A stretch of 64,000 nt of DNA from Spizellomyces punctatus DAOM BR117 (Eukaryota), in NCBI GenBank assembly GCA_000182565.2, contig KQ257459.1. One strand, 5' to 3'. Under the pieces are notes generated by a model. That model saw nothing but the letters and a program-made list of their open reading frames with translations, was not told the DNA's origin and searched no databases. The position numbers were made by a program, and so were the translations under genes. This document shows, in pieces, positions 61,401 through 64,000 of this stretch (the first letter of the stretch is position 1; each line of letters opens with the position of its first letter).

Positions 61401-64000
61401 AAGCTTATCAAAGCCATTCAGGCCAACTGTGCACGTTCAAATCTGCAACTGGTTCCAGCTTTCCTAGAAAAGATCTTACAGATCTACGAGATGATGTTGG
61501 TGCGGCATGGTAGGTGGTAGCAATATGGCTTATCGTCATAGCCTGTGCTAATAAGTACTTTAGGTTTCATGTTGGTGGGAGAGTCATTTTCTGGAAAGAC
61601 TGCTGCTTACAGAGTCCTGCAAGGTGCACTCAGCGATATGAACAAAGAAAACGCAGAACTGGAGGCCAAGGTCCTGACCTACGTTTTGAATCCGAAGTCG
61701 ATCACCATGGGTCAGCTGTACGGGCAATTTGATCCGGTTACGCATGAATGGTCTGATGGAGTTCTGGCAGTGGGCTTCCGCGGTTTTGCTTCTTCCCAAA
61801 GTCCCGAACGCAAATGGATCATATTTGACGGTCCCGTGGATGCGGTTTGGATTGAAAATATGAATACGGTGCTTGATGACAACAAAAAGCTCTGCCTAAA
61901 CAGTGGTGAAATCATTCAGCTTTCGTCGACAATGAGCATGATTTTCGAAGTCCGCGACTTGGCGGTTGCGTCTCCAGGTACGTTGAAATCGTGGGTTCTT
62001 TACTTGCAGCACTACTTAACCCAAGCACTGTAGCGACTGTCAGTCGATGTGGTATGATATACATGGAACCAAGTCGCCTAGGCTGGCGAGACACAATATT
62101 TGTGTCCTGGTTAGCTCGAAGTCAGCTGGATGAAGGCCAGAAAAAGGTGATGGTAGCCATGATTGATTGGCTTGTGAGCTCATGCTTGTCCTTCGTGAGA
62201 AGGGAATGCGTTGAGCTGTCTGAGACCAGTGATATCAACATGGTCACCTCACTTCTCAATATCTTTGAAAGCTTGCTGGACGACTTTGCACAAGACAAAT
62301 CAGCTGAACTTACTACTCGATGCATTCAAGGAGCGTTCATCTTCTCGCTGGTTTGGTCTGTCGGCGCGAGCGTTAATGAAAACGGCAGAGCAAAGTTTTC
62401 CCAGCACCTGCGTACACTCTGCAGCGGCGCTTTGCCCAACGGGTTTTCCTTTGATGCCCAATTCCCGGAAGGAGCCGTATATGACTTCGTTTTTGAAAAA
62501 ACTGACGGGGGATCTTGGCGACCTTGGGTGGACACAATTCCTACTGACTGGGCTATTCCATCCAAGATGAAAGTGGACAACATCATGGTTCCAACGGTGG
62601 ATACAGCGCGGTATGGATTTTTGCTTCAGCTCTTGGTCCGGCATCAGAAGCATGTTCTGTTTGTTGGACCGACAGGAACTGGAAAGTCGATGTACATACG
62701 CGACGGTTTAGTCAATCGTCTGCCCAAAGATGTCTACATACCTGCTTTCATAAATTTTTCGGCTCAAACTACAGCGAATCAGACTCAGGAGATAATAGAG
62801 TCAAAGCTTGATAAACGCCGCAAAGGAGTTTATGGACCACCTATGGGGAAAAGGTCGGTGATCTTTGTGGATGATCTAAACATGCCGGCCCGTGAAGTGT
62901 ATGGAGCGCAGCCGCCGATTGAGTTGTTGAGACAATGGATGGACCATGAAGGTAAGCCTTCAATTCCATTCCCTCTCTTGAATCCGGCATTTATCAATGT
63001 ATTGGCAGGATGGTACAATCAAAATGTTATGACGGTAAGAAGCCCCGATTGTTAAAGCGCCCAGATGGTTTTACTTATGACCCTACCAGAAATTTGAGGC
63101 TATCCAATTTGTTGGTGCCATGGGACCTCCGGGTGGTAAGTGCGATTAAGCCCGGGTTTATTCCTTCGAGGCACCGGGGCTAACTTTCGCTCTCTTGCTT
63201 TCATCAAGGGGGCCGTAACCCTGTGACTTCCCGGGTGCGTTCTGCTTTCACGCTTCTCTTTGCTAGTATCTAGTCTGACAGCATGCACTTTCCAGTTTCT
63301 TCGACACTTCAACACAATTACTATGACCTCTTTCGATGATACGGCCTTGCACCGAATTTTTGAAACCATCTTGGTATGGCATTTGACGTCCAATAATTTC
63401 CCAAAGGAGATTATCGATATGTCGAAGTCAGTTGTCGATGCCACCCGACAGATTTACAGAGGGGCAATGTCAAATCTCCTGCCAACTCCTAAGAAATCTC
63501 ATTACACTTTCAATTTGCGCGACTTTTCCAGGGTTATACAGGGAGTTTTATTAGCTCGTCCGGAAACGGTCAGCAACAAAGAAAAGATGGTCCGACTGTG
63601 GCTACACGAAGCGTATCGTGTTTTTTATGATCGGTTGATTGATGATGATGATAGAAAATGGTTCTTCACCTTCAGCAAAACGGAAATTGTCAAAGCCGCC
63701 TTTAATCTCGAATTCGATAAAGTCTTCCGCATGTACGATTCAAATGCTGATGGAATTGTAGAAATCGATGATCTACGAAGTCTCATTTTTGGAACATACC
63801 TATCTCCTCGGGATGCAGCCGGCAGAGCTTATGATGAAATAACAGATCTCAATGCACTGACCGAATTTATGGAGAAAAGCTTGGGAGAATTTAATCAAGT
63901 TAGCAAGAAGCCCATGGATTTAGGTATCCTAATGCTTCAATCCCTGTTTTTCATATTTTTTGAATCTAACGCAGATTTTCTGGCAGTAATGTTTCGGTTT
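55460..64000 (+). CDS. DNAH7: Axonemal inner-arm dynein heavy chain, DNAH7-like (5' part, runs off the window)
   Basis: [45 protein letters not shown] (DNAH7-like tail), [29 protein letters not shown]1 [10 protein letters not shown] and [13 protein letters not shown]2 [11 protein letters not shown]3 [20 protein letters not shown]. Confidence 0.93.

Overview
Gene-dense, intron-rich eukaryotic DNA, inferred to be from a flagellated (zoosporic, chytrid-like) fungus. Fungal-type Rvs161, Bdf1, Ipi3 and Top1 co-occur with an inner-arm axonemal dynein (DNAH7-like), CC2D2A/MKS6, vasohibin and MICU1. Introns are short (mostly 50-90 nt, GT-AG), so the ORF track shows exon fragments; I spliced the genes by eye and internal exon boundaries are approximate. 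Gene order: VPS13 3' end, Dph6/MJ0570-like ATPase, coiled-coil + tandem BRCT protein, KU70, BET bromodomain protein, JMJD6, a hypothetical protein, ALA1, TraB-like protein, TOP1, a roughly 3 kb island of apparently decaying genes, RVS161, Usp, APC15, MICU1 (with a 355-N gap), AOX-like, CC2D2A, SAM methyltransferase, triple-START protein, vasohibin, IPI3, PWWP protein and the DNAH7 5' part. I saw no tRNA, rRNA, CRISPR array or recognisable transposon. Best leads: (1) an intact alternative-oxidase gene lacking two of six di-iron ligands and several quinol-site residues, head-to-head with MICU1; (2) a giant coiled-coil protein with a phospho-binding-type tandem BRCT, head-to-head with KU70; (3) a bacterial-type stand-alone Dph6-like enzyme; (4) a START gene triplicated with the same intron in each copy; (5) a shared ATGCAT start palindrome at ALA1; (6) unusually frequent AAG splice acceptors.
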